Made by a program: the position numbers and the translations under genes. The notes beneath the pieces are model-generated. The model saw only the letters and a program-made list of their open reading frames with translations. It did not search any database and was not told the origin of the DNA. From positions 9,208 to 73,207 of the forward strand of contig JAFLBY010000001.1 in NCBI GenBank assembly GCA_017302855.1: DNA of 64,000 bases. The letters are read 5' to 3'. This document shows, piece by piece, positions 60,600-64,000 of this stretch. The stretch's first letter is position 1, and every line of letters starts with the position of its first letter. The DNA is from Candidatus Kapaibacterium sp. Its GTDB lineage: Bacteria; Bacteroidota; Ignavibacteria; Kapaibacteriales; UBA961.

Positions 60600-61790
60600 T
60601 TATAACGATTGTACTACATTAATCACTCTTTGAGCATTGTGCTTCCATGAATATGTTGTCACAGCGTCATATCGGGCATTTTTACCGAGAATATGACACA
60701 ATTCAGGCTCTTGAGTTAAACGAATAATGGCATGAGCTAAATCCACGGGGTTTCGTTGTTTAACAAGCACGCCATTGTGCCCATCTTTAATGATGTCCGC
60801 AATTTGACCCACGGCAGAAGCAATGATAGCTTTTCCCATCCCCATATATTCAAATAATTTGGTGGGAGAGCCAAAGAACAGTGTCCCGTCGGTGTTTTCT
60901 GTGTGCGGACTTAATAAGATTTGACATAATGATAAATAAGAAGGCACAAGATGATGAGTCACGGTACCGAGTAAAGTGACATGGTTTTGCATATTGTTTT
61001 CTGCAATTATTTTTTCAACATTACCGCGTAATTTTCCGTCCCCGATAAGCATAAAATGAATATTGGGATTTTCGCGTACAGCATGAACCACAGAGTGAGC
61101 AAGAACTTCCACGCCGTGCCATTCGCCAAAAGTACCGACAAAACCACAAAGTGTTTTGCCTTCCCAACGTTGCTGTAATTCAGCCGATAAAGAAGCAAAA
61201 AACGCATTGCTGTCAATGTTATCGGTAAATGTGTGGACATCAACTCCGTTAGGGTTAACATGTATTTTTTCCGGAGGAAGATTAAACAATCGTACTAAAT
61301 CTTGTTTAAGAACTTCCGAGACGACCATAATTGCATCGGCAGCATGAAAATGAACATCTTCGCATCGGCGTAGGATATCGTCAAAAAATAAATTTGCCCA
61401 GTTTTTTTTCCACCACCATTCACTATTGTTTGCTTCAAGAATAAAGGGAATGGAATGTTTTTTAGCAATATTCGATGGTGTATAAACAAACTCGCTATGG
61501 CGTTGATAGAGAAAATCCGGTTGAATTTCCCGCAGTAATGGCGGCAATTTTTTTTGCAAGGTGTTATTGTATGCCAAGCATGGTATCTCAGGGAAATTTT
61601 TGTATAAAAAAGGGTAAGGGATATGGCGAAAATCATATTTCCCCGAAGGATAACATTGAGCGGAAGCGGTGAAGGTCATTTCATGTCCAAGTTCTATCAT
61701 GCCATCCAAGAAACCTCCTATATGAGAGAAAGACCCGCCTGTGTTGAGATGTCCGAAAAAATCGGTACGTAAAAAAATGCTCTTCATGAA
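60600..61790 (-). CDS. GT4 family glycosyltransferase
   Basis: C-terminal EYMGMGKAIIASAVGQIADIIKDGHNGVLV (the E-x7-E region). The ORF track extends to 61859; the MKSIF start at 61790 is more plausible. Confidence 0.75.
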   Translation of the reverse strand, partial: FMKSIFLRTDFFGHLNTGGSFSHIGGFLDGMIELGHEMTFTASAQCYPSGKYDFRHIPYPFLYKNFPEIPCLAYNNTLQKKLPPLLREIQPDFLYQRHSEFVYTPSNIAKKHSIPFILEANNSEWWWKKNWANLFFDDILRRCEDVHFHAADAIMVVSEVLKQDLVRLFNLPPEKIHVNPNGVDVHTFTDNIDSNAFFASLSAELQQRWEGKTLCGFVGTFGEWHGVEVLAHSVVHAVRENPNIHFMLIGDGKLRGNVEKIIAENNMQNHVTLLGTVTHHLVPSYLSLCQILLSPHTENTDGTLFFGSPTKLFEYMGMGKAIIASAVGQIADIIKDGHNGVLVKQRNPVDLAHAIIRLTQEPELCHILGKNARYDAVTTYSWKHNAQRVINVVQSL

Positions 61791-62278
61791 AGTCCTCCTC
61801 TTTTTTCTGTGCGTGCTCTGAGGCGCAGCCGTATCCATGCTTGGGCAACAATGCCGCAAGAAGCCACTATCTCGGTTGCGAGAATAAATGACTCGACAAA
61901 GATAGTGTGCAATGGGGAGTAAACGGATCGTTCCCCTGTTTCATCAGCAAGGTAGCCGGATGTTTTTCCGGCAAGGAGCAACACACCTTTGAGAATTTGA
62001 TGATAGCGTTGCAATGACAGCTTCTTCATGCCAAAGACCACCGTATGTGCCGGAGTGGATCGTATGAATTTGACAGTAGAGCGCAAAGATAATAACTGCT
62101 TTTCCGAAAAAGGGATAACAAGAGTGTCATGGGGTAATTTGTGGGCAGCAATTATGCTTTTGCTGTCGCCCGATATAAGAAAAAGAGTGGTGGACATGCG
62201 CATCAAAAATGAAGAAAACGATAAAAAAATCAGACGCAAAATAGGTAATAGGATTGAGCAAGCAATACATCCGAGCAA
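61784..62278 (-). CDS. Hypothetical protein
   Basis: 164-aa ORF upstream of GT4; no recognisable motif. Confidence 0.2.
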   Translation of the reverse strand: MLGCIACSILLPILRLIFLSFSSFLMRMSTTLFLISGDSKSIIAAHKLPHDTLVIPFSEKQLLSLRSTVKFIRSTPAHTVVFGMKKLSLQRYHQILKGVLLLAGKTSGYLADETGERSVYSPLHTIFVESFILATEIVASCGIVAQAWIRLRLRARTEKRGGLS

Positions 62279-62372
62279 TGAAAGGTCTATACGCTACAGC
62301 CGTTTTGCGTAAATTTGCGCTACTATGCCATGCAAAAGGGCATAATTTCATGAGTTCAAAAGCAAATTCACT

Positions 62373-63830
62373 ATGATTGAGAATTACGAAGCTATAATAG
62401 GATTAGAGGTACATGCGCAATTGCTGACGGCAACAAAAGCATTCTGTCGTTGTTCAACATCCTACAGTTTATCGCCGAATGCCCATACTTGTCCCGTATG
62501 TCTTGGGCTTCCGGGTGCATTGCCTGTATTGAATCGTAACGTAGTGGATTATGCAATCAAAATGGGGCTTGCAACCCATTGCTCTATACGAGAGTATTCG
62601 GTGTTTTCGCGTAAGAACTATTTCTATGCGGATTTACCGAAAGGATACCAGATATCGCAGTATGAAGATCCGATTTGTCATCATGGATATATAGACATAG
62701 AAGTGGGTGAAGAAGGCGCGACCAAACGCATTGGTATTACCCGTATTCACATGGAAGAGGATTCCGGGAAATCAATCCATGATGTTGATATTGATACCCT
62801 TGTTGATTTGAATCGCAGTGGTGTTCCGCTTATAGAAATTGTGAGTGGGCCTGACATGCGAACGGCACGGGAAGCATATCAATATCTCAATCAAATACGA
62901 CAGATTGTTATGTATTTGGGGATTTGTGACGGAAATTTAGAAGAAGGCTCTTTGCGCTGCGATGCGAATATCTCGGTGAGAAAAAAAGGTGCGACCGAGT
63001 TTGGAACTAAGATAGAAATCAAAAATCTTAATTCATTTCGTAATGTAGAAAAAGCCATAGAATACGAGATTAAGCGACAAGTTGAAGCAATTGAACAGGG
63101 TGAAATATTAACGCAGGAAACGCGAATGTGGGATGCGGGGACACATCAAACGAAAAGTATGCGTTCCAAAGAATTTGCGCATGATTATCGTTACTTCCCT
63201 GAGCCGGATTTGGCGGGAGTAAATGTGACGGATGCAATGATTGAGAATATTGGCAATACAATGCCGGAGTTGCCACTTGCTCGCAAGAAACGCTTTGTGA
63301 ATGAATATGGGTTGCCGTGGTATGATGCCGGCATTCTTACTGAATCACAACACTTAGGGACATACTTTGAAGAATGTTGTCAATCATTGACTCAGCAAAC
63401 AAAAGACCGCTATAAATTGGTGAGTAATTGGATTATGACAGAGGTGTTGCGATATCTTTCCGATAAAGGGGTTGGTATCGAACAGTTTCCTGTTACATCT
63501 TCATATATTGCCGAACTTGTAGAGCTTTTTGCGGCAGAGTTGATAAGCAGTAAGATTGCAAAGGATATATTTCCGGAGGTGATTGCCGGTGAATCACCCA
63601 AGAGTGTTGTCGAGCGCAAGGGATTGCTGCAAATTTCCGATGAAAGTATTATACTTGCAGTCGTTGAGAAAATTCTTGCAGAGCAAACCGACAATGTAAC
63701 AAAATATCACGAAGGCAAAAAAAATCTGTTTGGACATTTTGTCAGCTCGACTTTGAAGGAGTTGGGAGGAAAAGCAAACCCAAGAATTGTAACAAAATTG
63801 TTGCAAGAACGGCTACAAGAGGTAAAGTAA
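62373..63830 (+). CDS. gatB: Asp-tRNA(Asn)/Glu-tRNA(Gln) amidotransferase subunit B
   Basis: MIENYEAIIGLEVHAQL...CPVCLGLPGALPVLN; full-length GatB. Confidence 0.9.
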   Translation: MIENYEAIIGLEVHAQLLTATKAFCRCSTSYSLSPNAHTCPVCLGLPGALPVLNRNVVDYAIKMGLATHCSIREYSVFSRKNYFYADLPKGYQISQYEDPICHHGYIDIEVGEEGATKRIGITRIHMEEDSGKSIHDVDIDTLVDLNRSGVPLIEIVSGPDMRTAREAYQYLNQIRQIVMYLGICDGNLEEGSLRCDANISVRKKGATEFGTKIEIKNLNSFRNVEKAIEYEIKRQVEAIEQGEILTQETRMWDAGTHQTKSMRSKEFAHDYRYFPEPDLAGVNVTDAMIENIGNTMPELPLARKKRFVNEYGLPWYDAGILTESQHLGTYFEECCQSLTQQTKDRYKLVSNWIMTEVLRYLSDKGVGIEQFPVTSSYIAELVELFAAELISSKIAKDIFPEVIAGESPKSVVERKGLLQISDESIILAVVEKILAEQTDNVTKYHEGKKNLFGHFVSSTLKELGGKANPRIVTKLLQERLQEVK

Positions 63831-63891
63831 ACAAAGGGTTTAGACAGATACTAAATTTTTGAAAAATAAAGAAATAACGAAAGGAGACATT

Positions 63892-64000
63892 ATGCCGCCA
63901 CTTCCAAAAACAGAATATATCTGGATGAATGGAGACTTTGTCGCATGGGACGATGCTCGAATCCATGTCCTCTCTCATGTTGTCCATTATGGATCAAGCT
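63892..64000 (+). CDS. Branched-chain amino acid aminotransferase, N-terminal 36 aa only (gene runs off the window)
   Basis: AAGGAGA ribosome-binding site, then [36 protein letters not shown], a typical BCAT N-terminus. Confidence 0.45.
   Translation, partial: MPPLPKTEYIWMNGDFVAWDDARIHVLSHVVHYGSS

Overview
This is an AT-rich chromosomal window of about 40% GC by eye, packed with bacterial genes on both strands. Several proteins end in Bacteroidetes-type T9SS C-terminal sorting domains, and a flagellar gene cluster (fliD, fliS, flagellin) and a methyl-accepting chemotaxis protein are also present. I read that combination as a motile FCB-group bacterium (Ignavibacteria-, Caldithrix- or Cloacimonetes-like), but that is an inference. 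The first 40 kb is mostly housekeeping and envelope genes: mnmG, dapB, anmK, rpiB, a KirBac-type potassium channel, pepF, a split transketolase, nadC, a nitrilase-family hydrolase, a pullulanase and a GT2 synthase. The accessory content lies mainly at 19.9-26 kb and 40.3-52.8 kb. The first region has a LamG-domain secreted protein with an IPTL-CTERM-like tail, followed by an exosortase-like small membrane protein and a second membrane protein, and then a 1289-aa BspA-type LRR/T9SS surface protein with 69-bp internal tandem repeats. The second region is a variable or defense island. It starts at a T9SS-CTD gene remnant and contains a 1084-aa STAND (NACHT/NB-ARC-like, Avs-like) NTPase with an N-terminal PD-(D/E)xK-like domain. 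Next come three nucleotide-sugar genes (gmd, a UDP-sugar dehydrogenase, an epimerase). These are followed by a C-M-R-M restriction-modification operon (two m5C methyltransferases, a DUF3883-type endonuclease, an HTH controller with a palindromic C-box). The island ends in a roughly 1-kb repeat-dense non-coding region holding about 14.5 tandem copies of a 21-bp unit plus degenerate repeats. Other points of note are an AT-rich cluster of nine DnaA-box-like 9-mers between rpiB and tpk, a 22-bp motif conserved at three intergenic sites, a perfect palindrome flanking mnmG, and two apparent frameshifts (a metzincin's T9SS sorting domain, and a GT87-like glycosyltransferase). No rRNA, tRNA, CRISPR array, transposase or integrase was recognised.
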